NCBI GenBank assembly: GCA_963843495.1
Contig: CAWJJX010000003.1
Span: 430,665-494,664 of the forward strand
DNA: 64,000 nucleotides
Direction of reading: 5' to 3'
Source: an uncultured Solirubrobacterales bacterium
Lineage (GTDB): Bacteria; Actinomycetota; Thermoleophilia; Solirubrobacterales; 70-9
Part shown: positions 1 through 12,081 of the stretch, in pieces
How positions within the stretch are numbered: the first letter of the stretch is position 1
Layout of the letters: each line of letters opens with the position of its first letter
The notes under the pieces: generated by a model
Seen by the model: only the letters and a program-made list of their open reading frames with translations
The model's database searches: none
What the model was told of the DNA's origin: nothing
Made by a program: the position numbers and the translations under genes

Positions 1-1
1 G

Positions 2-154
2 GTGCGCACTCCCGACGGCGGCGAACTCTCCTTCTTCGGCATGTTCGCGAGCTTCGACACCCCGTTCGAGGTAACGACCTCGGAGCTGGCGATCGAGTTG
101 CTCTTCCCGGCCGATCAGACGACCGCCGAGACGCTGCGCAAGCGGCATGAATGA
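2..154 (+). CDS. 3' end of a gene truncated by the window edge, function unknown
   Basis: Frame open from base 2 to TGA 152-154 (..ELAIELLFPADQTTAETLRKRHE*). The stop overlaps the start region of the next gene. No diagnostic motif. Confidence 0.35.
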   Translation: MRTPDGGELSFFGMFASFDTPFEVTTSELAIELLFPADQTTAETLRKRHE

Positions 155-1451
155 GTCCTTCGACGTGATCGTCGTCGGCGCCCGTTGTGCGGGCGCGCCA
201 CTCGCGACCATGCTCGCTCGTGCCGGCGTTCACGTCTGCGTCGTCGACAGGAACCGCTTTCCGAGCGACACGCCTTCGACGCACGGAATCCAGCCCACCG
301 GCGTCCAGGTCCTGGAACGCATCGGGGTCCTCGATTCGATCCTGAAGGTGGCGCCGCCGATACTCCGCCTACGGATGTCGTTCGACGACGTCGTGGTTCC
401 CGCGGCCGACATCGTCGCCATAGCCGGCGCGCCAGGCATCAGCGTACGCCGGATCACACTCGACGAGATCCTGGTGAACGCCGCCGCGGATGCGGGCGCG
501 GAGGTCCGCACCCAAACCGCGATTACCGGGCTGGTGGTGGACAACGGCCGCGTCGTGGGCGTCACTACACCGGCAGGAGAGCTGCGGGCGCCTCTCATCG
601 TCGGGGCCGACGGCGCCCGCTCGGCGGTAGCGAGGATGGCTGGGGCGCGGGAGTACCACCCGACCCCAAACGGCCGCGTGTTCATGTGGGCGTACTACGA
701 GGCCGATCCGACCAACGGCGAGATGTGGATCGGCAAGATCGGCGACCATGCCTACCTGGGCATGCCGACCGACAACGGCCTGACCCTGGTCGCCGTCTGC
801 CCCTCGATCGATCGCCGCGACGAGGTGCGCGCCGATCGCGAGGGGGTCTACGAGGAGGGAATCCGCGCCTGGCCGGAGCTGCACGCGGGGATGGTCGAGA
901 CACGGCGGGAGGGTCCCGTGCGCACGATGGCGAACATGCGCGGCTTCTTCCGTCAGTCCGCGGGCCCAGGCTGGGTGCTCGTTGGAGACGCGGGTCATTT
1001 CAAGGACCCCACCCCGGGTCAGGGAATCGCCGACGCGCTTCGACAAGCTGAGAAGCTGGCCACGGCGATCACGCGCGCGCTCGGCGGCGGCCCCGGCGGA
1101 CCGGACGAGATCCTGCACGAGTGGTGGCGCTGGCGGGACGAGGACGCGTGGGAGATGTACTGGTTCGCCCATGACGCGGGGGCGGCCGGGCCAACGCCGC
1201 CGCTGCGCCGCGAGGCGCAGCGGCGGATCGCCGCGGACCCCAAGCTGACAACTGCGCTGGTCCGAATCTTCAACCACGATCTGCGTCCCTCAGAGGTCTT
1301 CACGCCAGCCTTCGCCCTGACGACGATGTCGCAGGCGCTGCGTCACGGCCGCGCTCACCGTCGGGAGATCATGCGTGACGCGAGGACGCTCGCGGTCAAC
1401 GAGCTCCGGCGACGACGCTCGGCGCGCCGAGCAAATGGGCAGCTACGCTGA
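147..1451 (+). CDS. FAD-dependent oxidoreductase/monooxygenase (geranylgeranyl-reductase-like flavoprotein)
   Basis: 434-aa ORF with N-terminal dinucleotide-binding motif DVIVVGARCAGAPLA, then GADGARS and VLVGDAGHFKDPTPGQG flavoprotein motifs. Confidence 0.85.
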   Translation: MNESFDVIVVGARCAGAPLATMLARAGVHVCVVDRNRFPSDTPSTHGIQPTGVQVLERIGVLDSILKVAPPILRLRMSFDDVVVPAADIVAIAGAPGISVRRITLDEILVNAAADAGAEVRTQTAITGLVVDNGRVVGVTTPAGELRAPLIVGADGARSAVARMAGAREYHPTPNGRVFMWAYYEADPTNGEMWIGKIGDHAYLGMPTDNGLTLVAVCPSIDRRDEVRADREGVYEEGIRAWPELHAGMVETRREGPVRTMANMRGFFRQSAGPGWVLVGDAGHFKDPTPGQGIADALRQAEKLATAITRALGGGPGGPDEILHEWWRWRDEDAWEMYWFAHDAGAAGPTPPLRREAQRRIAADPKLTTALVRIFNHDLRPSEVFTPAFALTTMSQALRHGRAHRREIMRDARTLAVNELRRRRSARRANGQLR

Positions 1452-1539
1452 GATCGGCTGAAACCGGTGAGGAATGCTGCCGGTCGCGCGGCGGGCGACG
1501 TCTTCCACGCTCAGCTCGCCCGCCGCGTCGTTCGGACCG

Positions 1540-1968
1540 CTACTGGTTCTGCTCCGCCTGGGCGCGGATGCGCTCCTCCTGCTCGCGCAGCTCCGGCGTG
1601 AACTCCTCGCCGAAGTCCTCCGCCTCGAAGACCTGGCGAATCTCGATCTCGCCGGGCTCGTCGTGCGGGTTGGGGCAGCGCTTGATCCACTCGACCGCCT
1701 CCTCGAAGGAGTCCACCTGCATCAGCCAGTAGCCGGCGATCAGCTCCTTGGTCTCGGCGAAAGGGCCGTCGGTCACGGTCCGCTCGCCACCGCCGCCGAA
1801 GCTGACCCGGGCGCCCTTCGAGCTCGGGTGCAAGCCCTCCCCGGCCAACAGCACCCCAGCCTTGACCATCTCCTCGTTGAACTCGCCCATCTCGGCGAGC
1901 AGCTGCTCGCTCGGCATCACGCCGGCCTCGGAGTCCGTGCTCGCCTTGACAATCGCCATCACTCTCAT
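1540..1968 (-). CDS. YCII-related (DGPF) domain protein
   Basis: 142-aa ORF MRVMAIVKAS.. with a YciI-like pattern including TDGPFAETKELIAGYWL. Purine-rich RBS-like stretch upstream. Confidence 0.75.
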   Translation of the reverse strand: MRVMAIVKASTDSEAGVMPSEQLLAEMGEFNEEMVKAGVLLAGEGLHPSSKGARVSFGGGGERTVTDGPFAETKELIAGYWLMQVDSFEEAVEWIKRCPNPHDEPGEIEIRQVFEAEDFGEEFTPELREQEERIRAQAEQNQ

Positions 1969-2029
1969 CTCGTGTCCTTTCGGTCGTCTTCGCGGAAGCT
2001 CGGTTGCCCGATATTCCCGCCTTTACCCA

Positions 2030-2518
2030 CTACGACGAACGAAGACAGCCGAAATCGACACGGCCCCGGCGAATCGAGTCAGCGCGGTTCCCCGTCGCGG
2101 ACGAAGCCTTGGCGCGAACTGGCAGCCAGACCGCAAGCAGAAGGAGGGTTGGGATCATTCCGGCCGGGACGTCGCCGACCAGGTGGATGAGCGCGTGTAG
2201 CTCCGTAACGGCCAGCACGGCCATCGTCGACATATGCGCGGTGTTGATCGCCAAGGCGAGATCGATTGCGGACTGGTGCCGGAGCGGATCACTGGCGCTG
2301 CGAAAGAGGGCGATGCCGATCACGACGTTGATCGCGACCAGCATCAGCACGACTGGGCGCCCACCATGGCCCCACATGGTCAGTGACCCGAGCGTGCTGT
2401 CGTGGGTGACCACCCCGAAGACCTCGTTGAGGCCCATGAGCACGAAGAACGCAGTCCAGAGCGCTCCATAGAGCCGCAGCGACAGGCTTAGGCGCGCGAG
2501 CGACCGGTCGCCACTCAT
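2030..2518 (-). CDS. hypothetical integral membrane protein
   Basis: 162-aa ORF with about 4 hydrophobic helices. Its start overlaps the TetR stop (2515-2518), suggesting co-translation. Confidence 0.6.
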   Translation of the reverse strand: MSGDRSLARLSLSLRLYGALWTAFFVLMGLNEVFGVVTHDSTLGSLTMWGHGGRPVVLMLVAINVVIGIALFRSASDPLRHQSAIDLALAINTAHMSTMAVLAVTELHALIHLVGDVPAGMIPTLLLLAVWLPVRAKASSATGNRADSIRRGRVDFGCLRSS

Positions 2519-3168
2519 CTCACGGGCCGGTCCACCGGACCGTCGACGGCAGGCTTTGACCCCATCGCCCCAACCCCGGTGAAGAAGATGGTCAGCATCG
2601 TGCCAAGCAGCTCCTTCGGCACCGCCTCCGGCTCGAGCAGCGTCTCGAGCGCGAACCCGTTTGCCATCGCGATCGTCATCGTCGCCAGTTGCTCGGTGGT
2701 GATCGACGGGTGCAGAGGAAGCTCATCGGCCCGGGCCTGAAGCGCCGCGCCAAGGCGCTCGCGCATCCAGCGATAGCGGGTGACGAGCTCTTCGCGGAAG
2801 TCCTCGTCACGATTGGCGTAGGCGTTGAACTCGAAGAACAGGCGGTGCCAATCGGGATCCGCGTCGAGCATGGCGGCGAGGTTGTCCCCCACGCGCGAGG
2901 CCTTCTCAGAGGGCGACCCTTCCCCCGCGATCACCTGCTCGATCTGCTCCATCCGCACGGAGAAGCGCTCATCGAGCATTGCCAGGAACAGCTCCTTCTT
3001 GTTCTTGAAGTTGGCGTAGAAAGCGCCCTTGGTGTAGCCGGCGTCCTCAGCCACCTGGTCGATCGAGGTGCGGTCGAGCCCGTGGCGCGCAAATGCCCGC
3101 GCGGCTGAGGCCATCAGACAGCGGCGCGTCTCGGCCCGTCGTTCCTTGTGGGTGAGTCGCTTCGGCAT
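2515..3168 (-). CDS. TetR/AcrR family transcriptional regulator
   Basis: N-terminal HTH (ASAARAFARHGLDRTSIDQVAEDAGYTKGAFYANFKNKKELF). Start placed at internal ATG 3168 (MPKRLTHKE..), which abuts the stop of the upstream cyclase gene. Confidence 0.8.
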   Translation of the reverse strand: MPKRLTHKERRAETRRCLMASAARAFARHGLDRTSIDQVAEDAGYTKGAFYANFKNKKELFLAMLDERFSVRMEQIEQVIAGEGSPSEKASRVGDNLAAMLDADPDWHRLFFEFNAYANRDEDFREELVTRYRWMRERLGAALQARADELPLHPSITTEQLATMTIAMANGFALETLLEPEAVPKELLGTMLTIFFTGVGAMGSKPAVDGPVDRPVR

Positions 3169-3764
3169 CAAGCCGGCGCGTTCCCCAAGCGGGCGCAGGG
3201 GGCAAGCCAGCCGCTCAGCCTCGGAGCGAGGCGTGCCCAGCCCCACCTGAAGGCGGAGCGCTCCGCGGCGGATGCGGACCACGTGACCACGGGCTCGGGC
3301 ACGTTCTTGAGCCAGTGGAGCTGGCGTTCTCCGAGCTCCACGCCGTCGAGCGAGCCTGCCGCGGCGAGGGCGTCATCGGAGACCAGCACCTCGCCACCGC
3401 CGGCGGCCGAGCAAAGCCGCGCCGCGACGTTGACCCCGTTTCCGTACCAGTCGCCCTCGCGATGAACGGCTGTGCCGGTGTGGACGGCAATCCGAACCGG
3501 TGGGATATCTGAGTTGCGGACGCGTTCGCTGAGCCGCACACCGAGATCGACCCCGGCTCGCGGATCCTCGCAGCGCAGCATCATCGCGTCACCGATCGTC
3601 TTGATCTCCTCGACATCGTGCTGCCCCAGCAGGGCGCGAACCTGGCGGTAGAAGCGCTGCGCCACGTCAGCGGCATCGCCATCGCCACGCTCGGCGGTGA
3701 GCGCCGTGAACCCGACGAGGTCCATGAACAGGAACGTGTGCGCGGGAGCCACTACCGAACTCAC
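3168..3764 (-). CDS. class III adenylate/guanylate cyclase catalytic-domain protein
   Basis: 198-aa ORF with cyclase motifs FLFMDLVGFTALT, EIKTIGDAMML and GNGVNVAARL. Confidence 0.8.
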   Translation of the reverse strand: MSSVVAPAHTFLFMDLVGFTALTAERGDGDAADVAQRFYRQVRALLGQHDVEEIKTIGDAMMLRCEDPRAGVDLGVRLSERVRNSDIPPVRIAVHTGTAVHREGDWYGNGVNVAARLCSAAGGGEVLVSDDALAAAGSLDGVELGERQLHWLKNVPEPVVTWSASAAERSAFRWGWARLAPRLSGWLAPCARLGNAPA

Positions 3765-3894
3765 ATACTAGATAGTATCCAAATACCTTTCGGTACGCAG
3801 CCAGCAGAGTCCGGGCCTCCACAAGCACTCAAAGTCTATGTAGCAATCTGGCTAGGCTTTCAAGCTGAGAATCCGTGTAGCTGGAAGGAGGCTG

Positions 3895-4701
3895 ATGAGC
3901 GACCGGCCGAGCGGACGTGGAGAGGGGCCAGCGGATGACTGCGGACCCTCCTACGGGACTCGGGCACCAATGCGGCGCCGCGAGATGGTGGCGCTGTCGG
4001 CAGGGGCCCTGGCGACCGCCGTCCTCTACGCCTGCGGCGCCGACGGGGACGAGGCGGCCAGATCTGTAGCGGGGGGAACCACGACGCCCGACTGCGTGTT
4101 GACGCCCGAGCAGGAGGAAGGCCCCTTCTACATCGACCTGGCGCAGGTTCGGCGAGACATCGTCGAGGGCCGCCCCGGCGTACCGCTCGCGCTCGCGCTG
4201 ACCGTCGTCGACTCGAGCACCTGCGCGCCGATCCGCGATGCCGCCGTCGACATCTGGCACTGCGACGCACAGGGCGTCTACTCGGGCGAGCCATCGGAGG
4301 GCAGCGAGGGCGAGACCTACCTGCGCGGTATCCAGCTGACGGACCGGAACGGCCTGGCTGAGTTCGCGACCATCTACCCCGGCCAGTACCCGGGGCGGAC
4401 GACGCACATCCACGTCAAGGTCCACATCGGCGGGCGGCAGAGCGATGGCGCCTACTCCGGCGGCCACGTCTCGCACATCGGCCAGCTGTTCACCGACGAC
4501 CGACGCGACGCGGAGGTCTTTGCGCTCACCCCCTACAACCGGAATACGGCCGAAGTCCTCCCGCGCAATGCGGATGGCATCTTCCGGTATCAGGGCGGCT
4601 CGAGCTCGGTGCTCCCCCTCGCACCGGCGGGCACCAGCCTCGCGCAAGATGGCCTGGCGGCCAGAGCGACGCTGGGCGTGGATCCCGGCGCGACTTCCTA
4701 A
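3895..4701 (+). CDS. secreted intradiol ring-cleavage dioxygenase-like protein
   Basis: Strong SD GGAAGGAGG 5-6 nt upstream of ATG 3895. Signal/lipobox-like segment (RRREMVALSAGALATAVLYACG). Contains EGPFY.. and VDIWHCDAQGVYSG, typical of the dioxygenase_C family. Confidence 0.75.
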   Translation: MSDRPSGRGEGPADDCGPSYGTRAPMRRREMVALSAGALATAVLYACGADGDEAARSVAGGTTTPDCVLTPEQEEGPFYIDLAQVRRDIVEGRPGVPLALALTVVDSSTCAPIRDAAVDIWHCDAQGVYSGEPSEGSEGETYLRGIQLTDRNGLAEFATIYPGQYPGRTTHIHVKVHIGGRQSDGAYSGGHVSHIGQLFTDDRRDAEVFALTPYNRNTAEVLPRNADGIFRYQGGSSSVLPLAPAGTSLAQDGLAARATLGVDPGATS

Positions 4702-5702
4702 CGCGGCCCGTCGGTATGCACGAACAGCACCGGATCGCCGAGGCGACCCTCCGCACGTAGCGCCCGCAGGCCGGCCATCGCCTTCGCGGTATAGACGGGA
4801 TCGAGCGAGAGCCGCTCCTCGGCGGCGAGGCCGGCGGCGCGCGTGGCCGCCTCGGTGGGGTGGCCGTAGCCGGCTCCGATCTGGTCGCGGGTCAGGTCGA
4901 GCATGCCCGGATCGAGCTGGAGCCCGGCGAGGCGCGCTCCGCGGCGCTCCAGCAAGGCGGCGGTGCGCCGCGCGAGGCGAGCGAACACCGGTGCGTCGAG
5001 GCGGAGCTGGTCGTTGACCACGACCCCGGAGACGCGAGTGCGCAAGCCGGCGACCTGGAAGCCGAGCGCCAGCCCGGCCGCGGTACCGCCGGTGCCGACC
5101 GGGACAACGACGTGTGCTGGCTCGGGCAGCGAGCCGTCCTCGACCTGGGCGGCGATCTCCAGCGCCGCCTCGACATAGCCGAGCACTCCGACCGGCGAAG
5201 AGCCACCGGCCGGCAGCAGGTACGGCGGGTGGCCCCCGCGAGCATTGCGCGCGAGCAGCCACGGCAACATCGCCACGGTCCGTGCCTTCGTGTGGGTGCG
5301 GTAGATGCGCGCGCCCGAGGCTTCGAGCCGTGCGAGCTGGGCGGTGACGTGGGCGTCGATCGGCTGGTCGACCAGCGCGAGCGCTGTCTCGATCCCGTGC
5401 TCGCGGGCGTAGAGCGCGGTCGCGAGCCCCCAGTTCGTGCCGAGGCCGCCGAAGGTGAGGATCGAGCGGCGGCCGCGGCGCCGGGCATCGGGGATCAGCC
5501 ACTCGAGCTTGCGCACCTTGTTGCCGCCCCAGCCACCCGAGCCGAAGGCGCCATCTTCCTTCACCCAGATGCCGAGGCCCTCCAGCTCGCGGACGGGCGT
5601 CGGGCGCTCGGACAGGGCGAGATGGGGAAGGGTCTCGGCAAGGGCCGGGAAGCGCTCATGTAGACGGGGAATCAAGGGTGCGTTGAACGTCTGAGTCAGC
5701 AC
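4698..5702 (-). CDS. PLP-dependent ACC deaminase / D-cysteine desulfhydrase family protein
   Basis: 334-aa ORF with the PLP-lysine region GGNKVRKLEWLI and the glycine loop VVPVGTGGTAAG. Confidence 0.85.
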   Translation of the reverse strand: MLTQTFNAPLIPRLHERFPALAETLPHLALSERPTPVRELEGLGIWVKEDGAFGSGGWGGNKVRKLEWLIPDARRRGRRSILTFGGLGTNWGLATALYAREHGIETALALVDQPIDAHVTAQLARLEASGARIYRTHTKARTVAMLPWLLARNARGGHPPYLLPAGGSSPVGVLGYVEAALEIAAQVEDGSLPEPAHVVVPVGTGGTAAGLALGFQVAGLRTRVSGVVVNDQLRLDAPVFARLARRTAALLERRGARLAGLQLDPGMLDLTRDQIGAGYGHPTEAATRAAGLAAEERLSLDPVYTAKAMAGLRALRAEGRLGDPVLFVHTDGPR

Positions 5703-5995
5703 CCCCCGCCACCGCCGCCGGAGTCTCCACCTGAGCCGAAGAACATGCCACCGCCAAGCCAGGGGATCGCCGACGCCCTCCAGAAGGCTTCACGCTGGGG
5801 CAGCGCCGACTCGGGAAAGACCGCGACCAGCTTCCGGCCGAGCAGGAAGCGACGCTTCGCCACGTCTACGGTCCGTCCGGTCTCGGCGACTTCCTTAGCC
5901 CACTCGACCGCCTGGTCGCGATCGTCGAACCATTCCTGCCACTTCCCGTCGAACCCGATATCCCACTTGGCCATCGCGAAAGCGTACGGTGACAC
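5696..5995 (-). CDS. hypothetical small protein with Gly-rich C-terminus
   Basis: 99-aa ORF. Its 3' end overlaps the start of the ACC-deaminase-like gene by 7 nt. No recognisable domain. Confidence 0.45.
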   Translation of the reverse strand: MSPYAFAMAKWDIGFDGKWQEWFDDRDQAVEWAKEVAETGRTVDVAKRRFLLGRKLVAVFPESALPQREAFWRASAIPWLGGGMFFGSGGDSGGGGGGC

Positions 5996-6060
5996 GACGT
6001 GACTCGCAACGCGACTGACTAGTTCGGAAAGATCTGGCTTTGCCGCCCGTGTTGACCTTC

Positions 6061-8446
<2,386 letters not shown>

Positions 8447-8449
8447 CAG

Positions 8450-8857
8450 CTACGCGGCCGGCGGCTGGTCGATGCGCACCAGGTTGCCGGACGGGTCGCG
8501 CACCGCGAGGTCCCGCGTTCCCCACGGCTGGTCGGTCGGCTCCTGCACGATCTCGGCGCCCGCGGTGCGCAGCTGCTCGAAGGTGGCGTCGAGATCGTCG
8601 GTGTGGAAGTGGACGCCGTTGAACGCGCCCGTGGCGAGGAGGGCGGCGAGCGCGTCTTGGTCTGCGGGGCTGCCGTTCAGGTAGTTCGTGAGGACGATCG
8701 CGACGCCGGGCTGGGAGGCGGCGCCGACGGTGATCCAGCGGAAGTCTTCCTTGCCGACGTCATTGCGCAGTTCGAGGCCGAGTACATCGCGGTAGAAGGC
8801 CAGCGCGAGCTCGGGGTCATGGACCAGGACGAAGCATTGGGAGAGAGTGAGGTTCAT
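8450..8857 (-). CDS. VOC (glyoxalase/bleomycin-resistance) family protein
   Basis: Start placed at MNLTLSQCFVLVHDPELALAFYRDVLG.. The VOC fold pattern ends in RDPSGNLVRI. The stop lies 4 nt upstream of the uvrA-like start. Confidence 0.8.
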   Translation of the reverse strand: MNLTLSQCFVLVHDPELALAFYRDVLGLELRNDVGKEDFRWITVGAASQPGVAIVLTNYLNGSPADQDALAALLATGAFNGVHFHTDDLDATFEQLRTAGAEIVQEPTDQPWGTRDLAVRDPSGNLVRIDQPPAA

Positions 8858-9037
8858 GCCCGCAAGGCTAGGGAGCCGGCGCTCCGGGCGTTTCTCCGAT
8901 CCTGCTCGACTTGGCGGCAAAGGCGAGCGAGGTCCTTGGCGATGCACCCCGGCACGCTCGCGAGCCCGATGCGCCGCGTCATCAGATAGCCGTACGGCGT
9001 CTCCCCGTAGGTCACTCGGAACTGCCCAACCATCGCG

Positions 9038-9625
9038 TCAACGAGCGATGACGCCCGCTTCGGCGGCCGGCGCCGCATAGGCGGCGGCGAGCGTCGCGAC
9101 CGTCTCGTGGGCGTTGAGCCCACTCGGGTTGGGGACCACCCAGAGCGCCGCCCCGGACCAGCGGATCGCGCTATCGAGCGTGTCCGGCTGCCGGCCCAAA
9201 GACGCGCGGCGCTCGCCGAACGCATCGCGGTATGCGGTGACACCGGCGATCGCGACGACCGCGGGCCGATGATCGGCGACGAACTGCAACAGCCGCTCGC
9301 CGCCCTCGCGCAGCTCCTCACACGAGAGCTCGGAGGCGCGCGCGGTGGCCCGCCGCACGAGGTTGGTGATCCCGATCCCCCGGGCCACGAGATGCGCGCG
9401 ATCGGCATCGGTCATCCCGGCGATCCGATCGACCTCGTAATCGGTGATGCCGGCCGTGGCCAGCGCCGGGTAGAAACGATTGGTGGGATGCGCAAAATGG
9501 GTTTCTACCGCGGCCGTCCACAAGCCCGGGTTGATGCCGACAAACAGCAGCCTGAGCCCCGGCCCCACGAGATCGTCGACCTCGCGGCCGCGAAACGCCT
9601 CCAGCTCCAAACGCGTGAACCGCAT
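9038..9625 (-). CDS. mug: G:T/U mismatch-specific uracil-DNA glycosylase (MUG, UDG family 2)
   Basis: Motifs LLFVGINPG and VVPNPSGLN. Start placed at MRFTRLE (9625); an alternative ATG is at 9667. Confidence 0.75.
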   Translation of the reverse strand: MRFTRLELEAFRGREVDDLVGPGLRLLFVGINPGLWTAAVETHFAHPTNRFYPALATAGITDYEVDRIAGMTDADRAHLVARGIGITNLVRRATARASELSCEELREGGERLLQFVADHRPAVVAIAGVTAYRDAFGERRASLGRQPDTLDSAIRWSGAALWVVPNPSGLNAHETVATLAAAYAAPAAEAGVIAR

Positions 9626-9713
9626 GCCCGCGATCCTGTCGAATTCGCGCGTTCTCGTTCGTCTCATGGGTAGAGGAAGCTCAGAGAGCCCCCGTGACCA
9701 AAGGAGAATCGAG

Positions 9714-10247
9714 ATGGGAAAGCTGATCGCGACAACGCAGGCCACCGTCGACGGCGTCATAGACCCGGTCGGCGAGTGGGTACAGGCGGACGGGGACCAC
9801 GGCGACTACTCGTTCGAGCGTCAGGCGAGATCCAGCGGGCTGGTGCTGGGCCGCAAGACCTACGAGGGGCTGGCGGGGTACTGGCCGAGCCAGTCGGGCA
9901 AATGGGCGGACATGGTCAACCCGATGCCGAAGTACGTCGGTTCCAACACCCTGTCCGGCGATCTCGAGTGGAACGCGACCCTGCTCGAGGAAGACCTCGA
10001 GGACTCGATCCCGAAGCTGAAGGACGAGGTCGACGGTGACCTGTTCATGCACGGGAGCGGCGAGTTCGCGTATGCCCTCGCCGAGCGGGGGCTGATCGAC
10101 GAGTACGAGGTCTACCTGAACCCGATCGTCTGGGGAGGGGGAAACCTCCACGTCCTCGGCGACAGGGGAACCGTCCGGATGAAGCTCGACGACGTGAAAC
10201 GGTTCGACTCCGGAGTGGTCCTCCTCACCTACCTCCCGGCGTCTTGA
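9714..10247 (+). CDS. dihydrofolate reductase family protein (RibD C-terminal domain)
   Basis: AAGGAG RBS at 9701-9706. Sequence MGKLIATTQATVDGVID.. and the C-terminal pattern LIDEYEVYLNPIVWGGG are typical of RibD_C proteins. Confidence 0.8.
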   Translation: MGKLIATTQATVDGVIDPVGEWVQADGDHGDYSFERQARSSGLVLGRKTYEGLAGYWPSQSGKWADMVNPMPKYVGSNTLSGDLEWNATLLEEDLEDSIPKLKDEVDGDLFMHGSGEFAYALAERGLIDEYEVYLNPIVWGGGNLHVLGDRGTVRMKLDDVKRFDSGVVLLTYLPAS

Positions 10248-10258
10248 CCCAGAACCAG

Positions 10259-10897
10259 CTACTGCTTTTCGGTGTCCGTGCCAGGACCGCCGACCAGCTT
10301 GTCGCTCCCGCCGCCACCCTTCAAGGTGTCGCGGCCGGGTCCACCGAGCAGCTTGTCCGCCGCAGCACCGCCGCGGAGAATGTCATCTCCGCGCCCGCCG
10401 TCGATCTTGTCGCTGTCCGCGCCGCCGCTAAGGCTGTCGTTGAGGTTGCCGCCGGTGATGGAATCGAAGCCGGACCCGCCATCGAAGATGTTGATGTGAT
10501 CCGGAGCCCCGATGAACTTGTCGTCGGAGTATTCGGTCGGGTCGCTCACCATGGAGATGGCGTGGATCTCGATCGGCCCCTGGCCGCCACCGAGGTCGTC
10601 GGGCAGCTGCGAGAAGTCGAAGAGGGTGGACATGGACGAAGAAGCCTCGATTCGCCTCAAGTCGCGGCAGTAGGCAGGGCCGTTGTCGACGGAAACGCCG
10701 CTGACGGTAAGCTCGCCGTCGCTCGCGCAGCGAGGGACGATTTTTCCCTCGCCGCCACCAACCGTAAGCACACCATTGGTGAAGGTGCCAAAGGCATCCG
10801 CCCTCGCCGGCATGAGCACCGCGATCACCAGCGCGAGCGTCGCGCCGATCAGCGCCCGACAGGATGATCCGCCGAACCGAAGCCGAAGCGCTGCCAT
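10259..10897 (-). CDS. secreted protein with hemolysin-type (RTX) calcium-binding repeats
   Basis: N-terminal signal peptide (..LALVIAVLMPARADA). C-terminal GGxGxD nonapeptide repeats (GGSGFDSITGGNLNDSLSGGADSDKIDGGRGDDILRGG..). The start overlaps the msrA stop (TAATG). Confidence 0.75.
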   Translation of the reverse strand: MAALRLRFGGSSCRALIGATLALVIAVLMPARADAFGTFTNGVLTVGGGEGKIVPRCASDGELTVSGVSVDNGPAYCRDLRRIEASSSMSTLFDFSQLPDDLGGGQGPIEIHAISMVSDPTEYSDDKFIGAPDHINIFDGGSGFDSITGGNLNDSLSGGADSDKIDGGRGDDILRGGAAADKLLGGPGRDTLKGGGGSDKLVGGPGTDTEKQ

Positions 10898-11403
10898 TAG
10901 ACCGCGGTCTCGCGATTGGCAGCCTCGACACCAGGCCTCGGGAAGGGGGGCGTGCAGCCGTCCGGAAAGCGTCGGAAGTAGTCCTGATCTCCGGCCTCAG
11001 CCTCCCAGAAGGGACCGGCCTCGCTGATCTCGGTCACGACCTTGCCGGGCCAATGGCCCGACGCGTCAACGTCGACGATCGTCTCCTCGGCCACCTTGCG
11101 CTGCTCATCGGTCGTATAGAACATCTCCGAGCGGTAGCTGAACCCGACGAGACGTTCGTCAAGGTCGGGGCGGTGGACCTGGAAGAAGAACTCGAGTAGG
11201 TCCCGATAGGAGATCCGCTCCGGATCAAAAACGACTTTGACCGCCTCGGCGTGGCCGGAATTGTTCTCCACCGTCGGGTTGTCGTTCTCGCCGCCGATCC
11301 ATCCCACGCGGGTGGAGATGACTCCGTCGCGGTCGCGCAGAAGCTGCTGCATGATCCAGAAGCAACCCCCCGCGAGGATCGCGGTCTCGGTGTCGCCGCT
11401 CAT
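10897..11403 (-). CDS. msrA: peptide-methionine (S)-S-oxide reductase MsrA
   Basis: Active-site motif GGCFWI and GHAEAVKVVFDP. Start placed at MSGDTETAILAGGCFW (ATG 11403) with a GGAAGGA RBS. Confidence 0.9.
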   Translation of the reverse strand: MSGDTETAILAGGCFWIMQQLLRDRDGVISTRVGWIGGENDNPTVENNSGHAEAVKVVFDPERISYRDLLEFFFQVHRPDLDERLVGFSYRSEMFYTTDEQRKVAEETIVDVDASGHWPGKVVTEISEAGPFWEAEAGDQDYFRRFPDGCTPPFPRPGVEAANRETAV

Positions 11404-11499
11404 GGCCTTGTCCTTCCTTCGAAGTTCTTTGAGACTAGTCTCGGAAGCCCCGTCGATCAAATCGGGAACCGGATTCCGCCCTGCGGGCATCTACCTCTG

Positions 11500-12081
11500 A
11501 TGGCAGCTGACACAGAGCTCTGGGAACGAACCCGCTCCGGTGATGCCGAGGCGTTCGGCGACCTCTACGAGCGCCATGCCCGCGCGATCCAGTCCTACTG
11601 TCTCTGGCGCACCGCCGACCTCCAGGCTGCCGAGGACGCGACAGCAACGGTCTTCCTCGAAGCCTGGCGAAAGCGCCAGCGCCTGACCCTGAGCAGCGAC
11701 AGCGCCGCGCCGCTGCTGCTGGGGATCGCCAACAACGTCGTACGCCGCCACTGGCGGAGCCAGCGACGCTACCGAGACACCCTCGAGCGGATGCGAAACG
11801 TCGGCCAGGTCCCCACTGACCTCGAGGCCGAGGCGATCGCCCGCGTCGATGCGATCCAGCAGGTGCGCGATGGCGGCGAGGCGATTCGCGCGCTGCCGCG
11901 GCGGGAGCGCGAGGTGCTCGCCTTGCTCGCCTGGGGCGATCTTTCCTACGGCGAGATCAGCGAGGCCCTCGGCCTGCCCACCGGCACCGTTCGCTCCCGT
12001 CTCGCCCGTGCCCGTACCCGCCTCGGAGACGCCTTCCCCGACGCGACTGCGGCGGCCAGACCCGCGGAGGAATCCCTGTGA
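11500..12081 (+). CDS. ECF-type RNA polymerase sigma-70 family factor
   Basis: Region 2 (FGDLYERHARAIQSYCLWRT..DATATVFLEAW) and region 4 HTH (LSYGEISEALGLPTGTVRSRLARAR). ATG at 11500. Confidence 0.85.
   Translation: MAADTELWERTRSGDAEAFGDLYERHARAIQSYCLWRTADLQAAEDATATVFLEAWRKRQRLTLSSDSAAPLLLGIANNVVRRHWRSQRRYRDTLERMRNVGQVPTDLEAEAIARVDAIQQVRDGGEAIRALPRREREVLALLAWGDLSYGEISEALGLPTGTVRSRLARARTRLGDAFPDATAAARPAEESL

Noticed and set aside
3829-5502. Very long ORFs antisense to or out of frame with recognised genes (for example 3829-5502 minus, 6776-8989 plus, 34798-36684 plus, 42497-44518 plus, 45584-48040 plus, 51460-53355 minus, and most of 60857-63112 minus).
   Set aside because: Their translations are Arg/Pro/Ala/Gly-rich low-complexity strings typical of shadow frames in about 70% GC DNA. 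In every case the overlapping frame encodes a protein with clear family motifs.
10259-10897. RTX-repeat protein as a toxin / type I secretion substrate.
   Set aside because: It has only about six nonapeptide repeats and a classical N-terminal signal peptide. No T1SS ABC/MFP genes are in the window. It is more likely an ordinary Ca-binding secreted protein.
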